From the NCBI GenBank assembly GCA_019057675.1, contig JAHLWX010000002.1, forward strand, positions 5,239 through 69,238: DNA of 64,000 nt. Direction: 5' to 3'. Source of the stretch: Candidatus Jordarchaeum sp. LHC_1308 (GTDB taxonomy: Archaea; Asgardarchaeota; Jordiarchaeia; Jordiarchaeales; Freyrarchaeaceae). The translations under genes and the position numbers were made by a program. The notes beneath the pieces were generated by a model. The model did no database searches. It worked only from the letters and a program-made list of their open reading frames with translations, and was not told where the DNA came from. Positions 49,886-59,559 of the stretch are shown here, piece after piece; position 1 is the first letter of the stretch; every line of letters begins with the position of its first letter.

Positions 49886-49982
49886 GCGGGCGTAGTCCAG
49901 CCTGGTCTAAGACGTCGGCCTGCCACGCCGAGGACCCGGGTTAGGGCATTGTCCCCTCGAACGAATCCCGGCGCCCGCACCA
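49886..49982 (+). tRNA. tRNA-Gly (anticodon GCC) with putative ~19-nt non-canonical intron in the T-loop
   Basis: Acceptor GCGGGCG/CGCCCGC, A73, encoded CCA; anticodon arm UCGGC-CUGCCAC-GCCGA; 4-nt variable loop; T-stem CCGGG/CCCGG encloses 26 nt = UU + AGGGCAUUGUCCCCUCGAA + CGAAU (UUCGAAU when the insert is removed). Confidence 0.7.
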
Positions 49983-50084
49983 ATTTTTTCTTATGCATCA
50001 TAGTATTTTTTCTTGAGCCTGTTAATGGTAAGCTATGAGTTACATGTTTAGATTTTCTTCCAAAAAAGAAAAGAAAAATTTTTG

Positions 50085-50921
50085 TTATATTCTCGTTTTT
50101 AGCCATTCATCTATGTCTTTGAGAACTTTTTCTTTTTCTAGTTCATTGAGTATTTCGTGGTACATGTTCTTGTAGATTTTCATCGTGAAGTCTTTTTGTT
50201 TTACTTTTTCTGCTAGTTCCATGCTCCCTTTTGAGTTTACCAGCTTGTCTTCTCCAGCTACTAATAGCAGCGTTGGGACTTTGAGCTTGTCAGCGTCTTC
50301 AAAAATCCTATTCATAGCTTTGACGAACTCCACAATGAACTTAGCCGTAATCGTTTTGAATACTAGTGGGTCGTTGGCGTATGCTTCGCATACCTTTTTG
50401 TCATGTGACAGGGTGTAGGGATCTATCTGGCTTGGTATCTCCTGTTTGGGGTTTGTCTTCGCGAGCTCTTCAAGCATCTTCACCGTCCCAGCATCAATGT
50501 CACTTGCGAGCCTCAATGCTGGGGAGGAAAGTATCAAGTAGTTGATTTTCTTCGGGTTCCTGAGAGCGTATAGTAGAGCTATCGTTCCCCCCATGCTGTG
50601 GCCGAGAAGAATGAGCTTTTTTCCTTCCTCTCTTTTCTTAACTATGTCGATGAAGGTGTCAAGGTCCGTTATGTAATCGTCGAAGCTGTCCACGTATCCT
50701 CTATCTCCTTCAGAAAGCCCGTGGCCTCTGTGATCTAGTGCATAGAACGCAATGTTCTCATTGGCGAAGTGCCCCGCCACATGCTTGTACCTTCCCGAGT
50801 ACTCAGCTAAGCCATGTGCCACTATCATTATTGCTCTAACTTGTTTAGGCCTCCAACACTGGTAATACAGCTTTAATCCGCCTTTTCCCTTAAACTCTCC
50901 CTCCTCATGGACAGCCTCCAA
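50085..50921 (-). CDS. Alpha/beta hydrolase (lysophospholipase / monoacylglycerol lipase family)
   Basis: 278 aa; GHSMGG nucleophile elbow, HG oxyanion motif. Confidence 0.75.
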   Translation of the reverse strand: MEAVHEEGEFKGKGGLKLYYQCWRPKQVRAIMIVAHGLAEYSGRYKHVAGHFANENIAFYALDHRGHGLSEGDRGYVDSFDDYITDLDTFIDIVKKREEGKKLILLGHSMGGTIALLYALRNPKKINYLILSSPALRLASDIDAGTVKMLEELAKTNPKQEIPSQIDPYTLSHDKKVCEAYANDPLVFKTITAKFIVEFVKAMNRIFEDADKLKVPTLLLVAGEDKLVNSKGSMELAEKVKQKDFTMKIYKNMYHEILNELEKEKVLKDIDEWLKTRI

Positions 50922-51899
50922 TTCTTAAACCCTCCCTCTTTCCACAAGGTGCAATAAACTCCCACATCATTGTCGATTTAAAATTTTTGGGTTACACCTC
51001 GTAAAACATGCCTTGCTGCTAAAGCATTTTTCTCTTCCCTTACCCCGTATTTACTTTGGATCCCTTTTAAGACTAGTGGAAAGAGCCGCTTTAAAACACT
51101 AAAGAAATGGAATTAATTGGGAGACAATTAAAAAAGATCCGCGATGTCTCGCGTTAAGAGAGCAGAATGATTACGAATGATGGAAACACTTTCAACCACA
51201 TCGAGAACCTGATAATTCATAAACTTCAGTAGAAGCATCGTAAGGTAACATTTAAAGTACATTAAAGGAATTCGTAATTATGTCTTCTCAGGCTCAACAT
51301 GGCTCCATCCTGAGGAAGACATCATAACAAGCACCTCGGTCAAATATAAAATACATGGACGAAAACGTAGAAAACCACTTGGAAGAAGTAGCGGCCTTAC
51401 GTATTTTTCCTCCGAATAACGCTTCTAATTGATTTCGGAAATATTTCAATTAAGTAGCACGGTTTCAAAGGTTACATTATCTTATCCCTCAGAGCAATCA
51501 ACCTCTGCCTCATGAAGTTTTACACGTGAAGGTGTCCAAGTTAAACTTTGAGTCAACCCATACATTGCACGCGCGTCTACTCTGATTATTTCTTTTCGTG
51601 TTTAATCTCATATCCCCCCACTAGTATTTGCCTGTCAAGTTGTTGTTTCTGATCCTTACTCAACCAAATTAAAAGTTTCAGAGAGAAGTGAAGAAATGAA
51701 AAGAAAGAAATATATAACATGGTGGTGAAAAATTCTCCTGATGGGGGCGTAGCGCAGCTAGAACAATTCCATGTGGCAAGGTAGCGCGGCTGGCTCCAGA
51801 AGCAATGAAATCAAACTGGTGCACTGACCGGAGATGATGACCTTCTGGAGCTCCGAGCTGGAGAGAAATATATCCCAGAAGCACCAGTTGGTTAAAAGG

Positions 51900-52682
51900 T
51901 TAATTGGTCGTGGGTTCATCTCTATAAGGGAGCCTAAAAGTCCCACCGCCCCCATCAACTTCGCTATTTCTGCTCTGTCTTGCGGTATTAGGCTTCGCTC
52001 TACCTGGAAGTTTATCCCTGATCATTATGATTTTCTCCGGCTCGGATACTTCATACACGAGTTCCGTGAGATGGTGTTCTTTTCTTTTTGCTTCATGAAT
52101 GTTGGGATAAATTCTTCCTGCAGCTTCCTCATCTTCGTCGCTTAGGATACATGCAATGATCGCCTTATCAAACTCGTCAAGTTGTGTAGCTTTTCTTTCG
52201 ACGATCTCAGCAGCTCTCCGGGACAATCGGATCATGCGGATCCAGTTAAGCCGGCGCGTATAGCGGTGCGCTTCCTCTTTTTCGGGAGACCCCTTTGGGT
52301 TGCGAAACTCACACTCATTCCACCACGGGATCTTCACGTTAAGCCTTATGGCGTGGTCATAGAGTCCCATGTTTACCAGTTTGTCAACTAGTCGCCCAAA
52401 AATTAGAAGGTATGCCCCCGCTCTCTCGTTACCTCCCTCATCAAAGAGCCTTCTGCCCATGGAGACTATTTCTTCATCTATCTCTTTTGCAAGTTGCTCC
52501 GCAAGCTTAACTATCATCTCAAATTTTCTCTCCTCATTCATGTCACCCGCTCTGAGCTTTTCAAGGTTCAATGACTTCACCAATTCAACCGCCTCATCAG
52601 ATAAAAGCCGTTTAAGGCTTTTATCGAAGTCCTCGTTAAACTCGTTTACGTCCATCCTCCACCCCCACGCCCTTCCCCTCAA
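51900..52682 (-). CDS. Hypothetical protein (mostly helical)
   Basis: ORF of 260 aa, probable start at the internal MDVNEF; no recognisable motif. Confidence 0.35.
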   Translation of the reverse strand: MRGRAWGWRMDVNEFNEDFDKSLKRLLSDEAVELVKSLNLEKLRAGDMNEERKFEMIVKLAEQLAKEIDEEIVSMGRRLFDEGGNERAGAYLLIFGRLVDKLVNMGLYDHAIRLNVKIPWWNECEFRNPKGSPEKEEAHRYTRRLNWIRMIRLSRRAAEIVERKATQLDEFDKAIIACILSDEDEEAAGRIYPNIHEAKRKEHHLTELVYEVSEPEKIIMIRDKLPGRAKPNTARQSRNSEVDGGGGTFRLPYRDEPTTN

Positions 52683-53021
52683 CTAAAACTCAACTCATGT
52701 TGTACATATGTTATCTTATGTCACTATTATGTGGATCTGTATGCGATGTTCCCGTTTAACCCCTTTTCCTAAGCAATAACCCAACTTTCGGTCATCCATC
52801 ACTTATTCATGTTACGTTGCTGAAGTTTTTCACATCCATCCTCAAATTGTCTCTTAAGAGGTTTATATTAAAGCATAACGTTGGCATTGCTTCATATGTT
52901 TCTATCAGCGGGATATTTATAGGCAGTACTTTGACACGTGATGGGCTGTTTTATCAGCGTCCCCTCTTAGAGGGTTTATGAAAAAGCTTTTATTTTGCCT
53001 GTTAGATTTTCTTTATGTTAA

Positions 53022-53639
53022 ATGTTAGAAAAGGGAGGAGTTAGTGTGCGTTTATGGTTGCTTGATATCCTCGCCTGTCCGGCTGATGGGTGCAAGCATT
53101 ATCCCTTGAAACTTTTGATTTTCGAGTGGGAGGACGACGATGCAAAACGCATTTTGAGGGCAGGCGAGTCCTACGCTAAGGGGGATATCAGCGATTTAAA
53201 GAAGGATTTGAAGGGCAGCATTAAAATTGATAGAAATAAGGGAACAGTGGAGGATGAATTAGCTAGGTCCTCTATGAGTGTAGAAGACTACGCTGTCCTC
53301 TTTAAAGAGAAGGTGGATAGCATTTTCAGAAACGTAGTTGCAGACGAGACCGGTGCCTCTACCTCGCTAATAAACGCGATAATCAACTTTAATGTTCCCT
53401 CTAAACTTGACGAGGGATTTGAAAACGTGATACATCTTGCCAATTGGCTCGCCTTCAAGGTTAACGTGCAAAGCGGAATTTTGATCTGCGAGAAATGCGG
53501 GAGATCCTTCCCCATAATTGAAACAATTCCGAACATGTTGCCCGACGATTTAAGGGACAAAAAAGAGGATAGGGAATTCCTGTTAAAGTGGCGGAAGTAT
53601 GTTCCAAAAAGAATATTGGAAGCGGAGGGCATCACGTAG
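53022..53639 (+). CDS. Trm112-like methyltransferase activator with a large central insertion
   Basis: N-terminal LLDILACPADGC and C-terminal ILICEKCGRSFPIIETIPNML halves of the Trm112 zinc-knuckle domain separated by ~130 aa. Confidence 0.6.
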   Translation: MLEKGGVSVRLWLLDILACPADGCKHYPLKLLIFEWEDDDAKRILRAGESYAKGDISDLKKDLKGSIKIDRNKGTVEDELARSSMSVEDYAVLFKEKVDSIFRNVVADETGASTSLINAIINFNVPSKLDEGFENVIHLANWLAFKVNVQSGILICEKCGRSFPIIETIPNMLPDDLRDKKEDREFLLKWRKYVPKRILEAEGIT

Positions 53640-53651
53640 CCTCGTTTACCA

Positions 53652-54815
53652 CTAAAATAGCGGGGCGTACTTTGAAACAGTTTCTTTCAGCTCTTTCACG
53701 GTTTCCTTGACCACTGCGAATATTCTCTTTCTCTCATAGGTTAACGGGGGCTTCTCCTGATCATACATGGTGTCAATGTGCTTTGGTACGTCGCCGAGTT
53801 CGAGCGCCATTTTCGTGTAGAGTTCTCTCCATGATGGTGGCGTATACTCCGGAGGCTTGACTTCCAGTAGTTTGCATACCATTAGAGTCCACGCCTTCGC
53901 AGTAGACCCTATTTCATACCCTCCTCCGCCAAAAAGTATTAGTTTCCCATCAGTAGCTTCATGTGCTAAGTAGTGAAGCGTCTCCATTATTTTTTCGTAA
54001 CAGTCCATTGTGAGCGCCTCGGTTGTCAATGGATCCCCAAAGTGGGTGTCAACACCACATTGTTGCATTATTATGTCAGGTTCATATGACTTCACAAGTG
54101 GAGGAACTACTTCGTTGTAAGCGTAAAGGTAAGCCTCAGTAAATGTGAGAGGCGGGAGGGGGACATTTACGCAGTATCCTTTACCTTCACCCTCTCCAAC
54201 CTCGTCTATGAAGCCTGTCCCAGGATACAGGAATCGTCCATCCTCATGAAAGGAAACTGTCAGAACGCTTGGGTCGGAATAAAAGGTTTCCTGCGTTCCA
54301 TCTCCGTGGTGGCAGTCTATGTCCACTATCATTATCCTTTTCAAACCATACCTTTTCTGAAGGTACCTCGCAGTTATGGCAACGTCATTAAAAACGCAGA
54401 AGCCAGCCCCTCTATCCCTAGCAGCATGGTGCAACCCTCCACCCGGATTAAAAGCATGAATTGCCTCCCCCTCCATTACTAGCTCGGCAGCCCTAAGCGA
54501 GCCGCCTACAAGCATAGATGCCGCACTAAACATTCCTCTAAAAGCAGGTGTGTCGCCATAATCTAAGTACCCTACACCTTTCTCGTCCAACCTCTTAACA
54601 CGTTGCAAATAAGATTCACTATGAACTAACTTCAGCTCCTCCTCACTAGCCATCCTAGCATCGGCAATGTAGAGATCAGAGTGATCTAGGAGACCTATTC
54701 CTTTCATAAGCTCCAGCATGAGTATTAGCCTCTGAGGGCGTAACGGATGCTCAGGGCCAAGGAAATATTTAAGATATTCATCCGAGTAGACAAGCGCAAC
54801 TTTCCCGCCCAACAT
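53652..54815 (-). CDS. Histone deacetylase / acetoin utilisation AcuC family (arginase-deacetylase fold)
   Basis: 387 aa; DIDCHHGDGTQ and GGGGY motifs. Confidence 0.85.
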   Translation of the reverse strand: MLGGKVALVYSDEYLKYFLGPEHPLRPQRLILMLELMKGIGLLDHSDLYIADARMASEEELKLVHSESYLQRVKRLDEKGVGYLDYGDTPAFRGMFSAASMLVGGSLRAAELVMEGEAIHAFNPGGGLHHAARDRGAGFCVFNDVAITARYLQKRYGLKRIMIVDIDCHHGDGTQETFYSDPSVLTVSFHEDGRFLYPGTGFIDEVGEGEGKGYCVNVPLPPLTFTEAYLYAYNEVVPPLVKSYEPDIIMQQCGVDTHFGDPLTTEALTMDCYEKIMETLHYLAHEATDGKLILFGGGGYEIGSTAKAWTLMVCKLLEVKPPEYTPPSWRELYTKMALELGDVPKHIDTMYDQEKPPLTYERKRIFAVVKETVKELKETVSKYAPLF

Positions 54816-55122
54816 AGGAGACCTCCATTTCCCATTAAACTCGAACTCTTTCTCCTAAATAAAAACAACGCAAGGGAAACTGAAAGGAAAAAAGTAAGCT
54901 AAGCGAACCATTTATTTCTAGGTTTTTAGCTTTCTTAAGAAATTTCAACTAAATTGGAAAATTTAGCGGCTAAATATTTGTAAGAGAGGAAATAAAAAGT
55001 AGGAATGTTAAAAGGTATGCTGAGGCACGCTTGTAAATTCGTTTAAGAGCACAGGAAAATGGAGAAATATGCGAGGGGAATGGTCGAATTTGTAGCTTCC
55101 CTTTAAAACAAAGGAGTGATCA

Positions 55123-55557
55123 TTAATGGACGACGAGTACATCCTTATTGGTCCAACGAATTACTTTTTGAGTGGTGCTTCCGAGAACTACACGTTTAAC
55201 TCCTGTTAATCCTCTTGTTCCTATAGCTATAAGGTCAACGTTTTCGTTGTTTGCCTCATCAATTATTTTTTCTGCCGGATCTCCAAAAAGAATCTTCTTC
55301 ACAACATCCTCTAATCCTTTCTTCTTGGCTTTATCCTCGGCTTCTGTGAGTAATTTTTCAGCTGTCTGCTCGAGGTAACTTTTGACAAGGTCGTATGATG
55401 ACTCGGAGTACTGCTTTATTACGTCAAGTTCCTCAGTCTTTATAACGTTCAGCAAAATTATCTGAGAATTAAACATCTTAGCGATGCTTATCGCCTTCTC
55501 CAGCGCTCTTTCAGAGTATTCCGATCCATCTAAAGCGACAAGTATCTTCTTGTACAA
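55123..55557 (-). CDS. Universal stress protein (UspA family)
   Basis: 144 aa; MYKKILVALDGSEYS ... GTRGLTG ... GSTT pattern. Confidence 0.8.
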   Translation of the reverse strand: MYKKILVALDGSEYSERALEKAISIAKMFNSQIILLNVIKTEELDVIKQYSESSYDLVKSYLEQTAEKLLTEAEDKAKKKGLEDVVKKILFGDPAEKIIDEANNENVDLIAIGTRGLTGVKRVVLGSTTQKVIRWTNKDVLVVH

Positions 55558-55620
55558 TCAAATCACCCTAAAGAAGTAGGCTAGTTCCTTTTTTAAAAAT
55601 ATCTTTTTTAAAGTCCTATT

Positions 55621-55938
55621 CTAGCCGCCATGTGTTACACTTAACACGGTCACAACATCCCCCTCACTAACCTTTGTATCCAGTCCTTTTAGTACCCTTA
55701 CGTCTTTCTCGTTGAGCAGTATAATCATCCCCGGGGCCACTGCTTCACCATTAACAACCATGCGGTAAGCCTCCTCATTATTAAGAGCCGATGAAAGAAC
55801 ATCTTTAACAGAGGCTTCGTCCTTCACTTTTACCTTTAGGCTTTTAGTTCCGACTATCCTTGCTAGCCTTAATGGCAGTTCGACCTTAACCTCCATATGC
55901 TTCCCCGTCATGGCATTAAGAAGTCCATCCCCCGCCAT
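55621..55938 (-). CDS. MoaD/ThiS/SAMP-type ubiquitin-like small protein ending in Gly-Gly
   Basis: C-terminus ...VTVLSVTHGG stop; beta-grasp-like length if started at the internal MEVKV. Confidence 0.55.
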   Translation of the reverse strand: MAGDGLLNAMTGKHMEVKVELPLRLARIVGTKSLKVKVKDEASVKDVLSSALNNEEAYRMVVNGEAVAPGMIILLNEKDVRVLKGLDTKVSEGDVVTVLSVTHGG

Positions 55939-55939
55939 C

Positions 55940-57200
55940 AGGGGAGATGCATCTCTTCACAGCCATCTTCGGCTCAGAGTAGGTCAATCTCCTCATCCAT
56001 CATATTTATGAGAAGTTCAAATCTATAAAGCTAGCGTCATCCGTTTCAGTTGCCCTAGTTATTCAGTTGCCCTACTATTTTTGGCTACAGAGGAAGTAGC
56101 GCTTCAACTATAACTTTCTACATCCTTTACGGCCGATGGTCAACTGAGATCAATTTTTGAAGCCGCCTTGACGAGATCCAAATTTCCTTCGCTTTCCTCC
56201 TGAGAAATAAATCTCTGAGCTTAGGGACTTCCACCTAACTCACCTCCATTTTTACCGAGCCGCCTGCCATATTTCAGCATCCGTTTCCATCCCTTCTCGT
56301 TTGCCTCAATTACGACCTCGGCGTTCGTTCTCCCGCTCCATTGTGAAGTACACTCCCTCCCAGTTATCGCTGAAACCACTCCAACAGACCCTCAACTCCT
56401 ATCAACCTTCCCCCCTTCACAAAATCTTCTAAGATTCCTAAGAGAGGAACCAATGCATTCCCAATACAATTTTCTCATTTTAAGTTTGGTGTTAGTAGAA
56501 GGGTTGTTTCTCAATGAAGTGATCTAAAACATTTAAGTGGAACTTCCTCTGAGAGCGATGACCCTACGCCAAATGCTAGCGACTTCCTCGGAAAATCTAA
56601 GGGTACCCAAAAAAGCGAGACTTTCACTACCATAGTAGAAGTAGTTTCTATATCCAAATAACTTGTCAGCATCTTATTATTAACCCACTTTCACAGTATA
56701 CTGGACACATGCTCTCAGCTGGTTCCTCTTTTAATTTCACCCTGAAATCCACTTTGAAAGCGAGAAAACTTCATCAGCGAACATCATCACATCGCACCTA
56801 TAACATTTTGTTCCCATGGCAGGATACATCTTACCTTTGAATGAAACCTCGTTCACCTCTTTTTTTTTATAAAAACCCTTCCACTTTTCAGCCAAAGCAT
56901 ATTCCAAGTTTTTGCTCTATTAACGTTAGCTCCCACTCGTTTATGGTAGTTCAACCCAAACTGCTTATCGCCCACAGAAACTCTGTGACACTGTATAGCT
57001 TTCTTTCAGAGATATCCAAGCTGGTCCCGGTTTTCAATAGGCTCTCTCGGTGAGCATCCCCGCAAGTTTTCTCCTTGTTCGGCACTCCCTCCTCCTAATA
57101 TCCACATTTTTCAAACCGGCCTTTGCCAAATGTTCGCCGCAAATTAATCCGGCAGAATCGACCCCTTCCACGACCACCACGTTACCCCCTTTACTATCTC
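55940..57200. pseudogene. About 1.2 kb lacking intact ORFs, with protein-like fragments on the minus strand (decayed gene remnant)
   Basis: Only short unsupported ORFs; minus-strand translation gives stretches such as VNEVSFKGKMYPAMGTKCYRCDVMMFADEVFSLSKWISG interrupted by stops. Confidence 0.25.
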
Positions 57201-57944
57201 CTAAACCTCTATTTCAGAGAGTGCGTCGAGGGCTATTTCGACAGCATTGTCAAGGCCATTTATCACTTTTCCACCTATACAATCAAAGATGTCTTTTCCT
57301 TCGACGGGCTTATCGCTTACAGTCATCACTGCACCACTCTTGATGCCGTAAAACGAGCATACTGCGAACACGGCAGAGGTCTCCATGTCTATTCCAATGC
57401 AACCAGCCTTTACCGCTTTCTTCAGGTCTTCCTCCTCTCTAAAGAGGACGTCGGTAGTCCAGATCGAACCCACATGAACCCTCCAACCTTTGCTCAACGC
57501 CGAGTTGATAAGGGTGTCTGTCACATCCCGGCTTCCCTCCACGACGTTTTCATTAACATAATGTTTGGAGGTTCCATCCCCGGCAAATGCCCTCTCAGCC
57601 ACTATGACGTCGCCCAGTTCAACTTCTCTCTTAACGGCGCCAGCGAAGTCGCTCCTAACAACTAAACGGATGCCTGCTTTGTTGAGTGCCTCCAGTACTA
57701 CGGCGGTCGCCGGAGAACCTAATCCAGTGTATACGACTGAGATGGCGACGTCACCGTAATGCCCATGAAACGTCTCCCCCCTCTTCTCGATTCCCTTGAG
57801 AAGCCGTAACGCCCTTCTAGTAGCTATTCTCGTCGCAGTTAATAGGACGCGTCTCTCCACCTTACCTGGTCTGCAGCCGAGAATGGCGTAAACTTCCCTC
57901 ACATGTTTAGGGGCAGTTCTCAGAAGACTGGCAGCCAGCTTCAA
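57201..57944 (-). CDS. Nucleoside phosphorylase, PNP/UDP family 1 (purine/uridine/MTA phosphorylase-like)
   Basis: 247 aa; YTGLGSPATA and GIDMETSA motifs. Confidence 0.8.
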   Translation of the reverse strand: MKLAASLLRTAPKHVREVYAILGCRPGKVERRVLLTATRIATRRALRLLKGIEKRGETFHGHYGDVAISVVYTGLGSPATAVVLEALNKAGIRLVVRSDFAGAVKREVELGDVIVAERAFAGDGTSKHYVNENVVEGSRDVTDTLINSALSKGWRVHVGSIWTTDVLFREEEDLKKAVKAGCIGIDMETSAVFAVCSFYGIKSGAVMTVSDKPVEGKDIFDCIGGKVINGLDNAVEIALDALSEIEV

Positions 57945-57990
57945 AAACCAACTCCCCCAGCACTTTAGATATGTGATAAAGAAGAAAAGG

Positions 57991-58854
57991 TTATGTCAGT
58001 AAGGCCAGAATGACCTTCACTTCATCGCTGAAGTTTCCTGAGATGAAAATGAACTGGCGAAGTATCCTGCTGGGCTCTGAAGGCTGAGGCACTCTGCCGG
58101 TTAAGCCGTGAAGAGCCACGCTTATAGGGTCGAAGAACATTGCTGCAAGCACTGTTATACATGCCGCCGTCATTATGCTGACTAGTAGCATGAGAAGAGT
58201 GAATGGTCTCCTAACGAGGCTTCCTTTAAGGTATACTATCAACAATAATGCCATTATGACCGTAAGGGCAAGAGCGTATATGGCATATTGTCCCTCAACT
58301 GTGGCTAGAGTGATTATTAAGGTGAACATGATGGACGATGTTGCTATAGCCGTATAGTCCGTCGCCGCTAATTTTTCCTCCTCTCTATGCCACAACTCCA
58401 GTAGTACACCTCCCACCATAAGTCCAAAAAACCCCGTATAAACAAGCTGGTGCCCCAGCACCTCGTCAAGGTAGTATGTCGGGACATATATTGCGGAAAG
58501 ATAGATCAATGCCTCAAGACTAGTAGCCACCCTTGGAACTACGAGAAGCGTGGCTTCGTTCTCAGCCATTATAACCTCAATCTTGTTTGCGGCGAAGTGT
58601 AAACCGTAACCGACAAAGAACATCATCAAAGAGAAAAGGAGTAGAAGGTCCAAAGCAGTCCTTTTCCATCCTTCTCTGCAAACTTCCTTAGAGAGAATCC
58701 TATAGAACCCATAGAACATGAAGATCATGTAGGGCGCCTGAACGACAAGCTCGAACCACTCGCCAAAACCGCCAAAGTTAGCCACAAAGGAAATTATGAA
58801 GAATAACCCTATAAGTGTCAGAGAAAACTTGGCCACGTCATTCATCAGGATCAC
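57991..58854 (-). CDS. Hypothetical polytopic membrane protein
   Basis: 287 aa, 7-8 predicted TM helices. Confidence 0.5.
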   Translation of the reverse strand: MILMNDVAKFSLTLIGLFFIISFVANFGGFGEWFELVVQAPYMIFMFYGFYRILSKEVCREGWKRTALDLLLLFSLMMFFVGYGLHFAANKIEVIMAENEATLLVVPRVATSLEALIYLSAIYVPTYYLDEVLGHQLVYTGFFGLMVGGVLLELWHREEEKLAATDYTAIATSSIMFTLIITLATVEGQYAIYALALTVIMALLLIVYLKGSLVRRPFTLLMLLVSIMTAACITVLAAMFFDPISVALHGLTGRVPQPSEPSRILRQFIFISGNFSDEVKVILALLT

Positions 58855-58938
58855 CTCTATTTAGAACATCTTGATGTTCAAATTAGAGTTTCGCTTCTTA
58901 AACATGATAAACTAAATATCCCCGTAGATCTACTCTTT

Positions 58939-59559
58939 ATGCAAGGTGAAATAAAAATGGAGCCAGACGTTCTTAAAGAAACTGTTAAGGAATTAGACCA
59001 GTCGGCAAAGCTAATAAGAGACCTCGTATCCGACCTTATAAAGTTAAGGCGTAGCCTCCTAAAGGCGTACTCAGGCCTCAGTAAGCTCGTAGAAGAACCT
59101 GAGCTCCTAAAGCCAGCAGCTCCTTTACCATCTCTCTCCACGCCACCTTCGCCTCCGACGCCCATACCTCAACAAGCCGAGATAGCGCCGCCGTCGGCTC
59201 TTCATACAACTACACCTCCATTAGTGCAGCCTCAAGCTAAGCCGTCAGTAACCTCCATCACGACGCCTTCCGCGGCACCTCCAACAGTCAAGGAGACTGC
59301 TGCTAAAGGGGAGATGAGCAACTTCGTAGTGGCGTTCTCAGAATCGGTAAAGTCTGATCCGCATGTTTCCAACGTCATAAAAAAACTTAGTGAGTTTAGA
59401 GAGAAAATCGAGAAAAAATACGTTTATCATCCTATTCTTTCAGAGGTCAAACTGGTTGTTTCGAAATTCCAAGGAATTCCCGAGGACAGCGTGCTGAGCG
59501 AGGATGACGTGAATAAGCTTCTGGAGAAGCTTTCTGACTGGGTTTCCCGGCTTTCATAG
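58939..59559 (+). CDS. Hypothetical protein with central Pro/Thr/Ala-rich linker
   Basis: 206 aa; helical N-terminal region, PT-rich low-complexity middle, C-terminal domain. Confidence 0.4.
   Translation: MQGEIKMEPDVLKETVKELDQSAKLIRDLVSDLIKLRRSLLKAYSGLSKLVEEPELLKPAAPLPSLSTPPSPPTPIPQQAEIAPPSALHTTTPPLVQPQAKPSVTSITTPSAAPPTVKETAAKGEMSNFVVAFSESVKSDPHVSNVIKKLSEFREKIEKKYVYHPILSEVKLVVSKFQGIPEDSVLSEDDVNKLLEKLSDWVSRLS

Noticed and set aside
51678-52145. Small ORFs 51678..51884(-), 51758..51958(-), 51834..52145(+)
   Set aside because: They overlap one another and the 3' end of the gene 51900..52682, and have no recognisable features. Treated as spurious.
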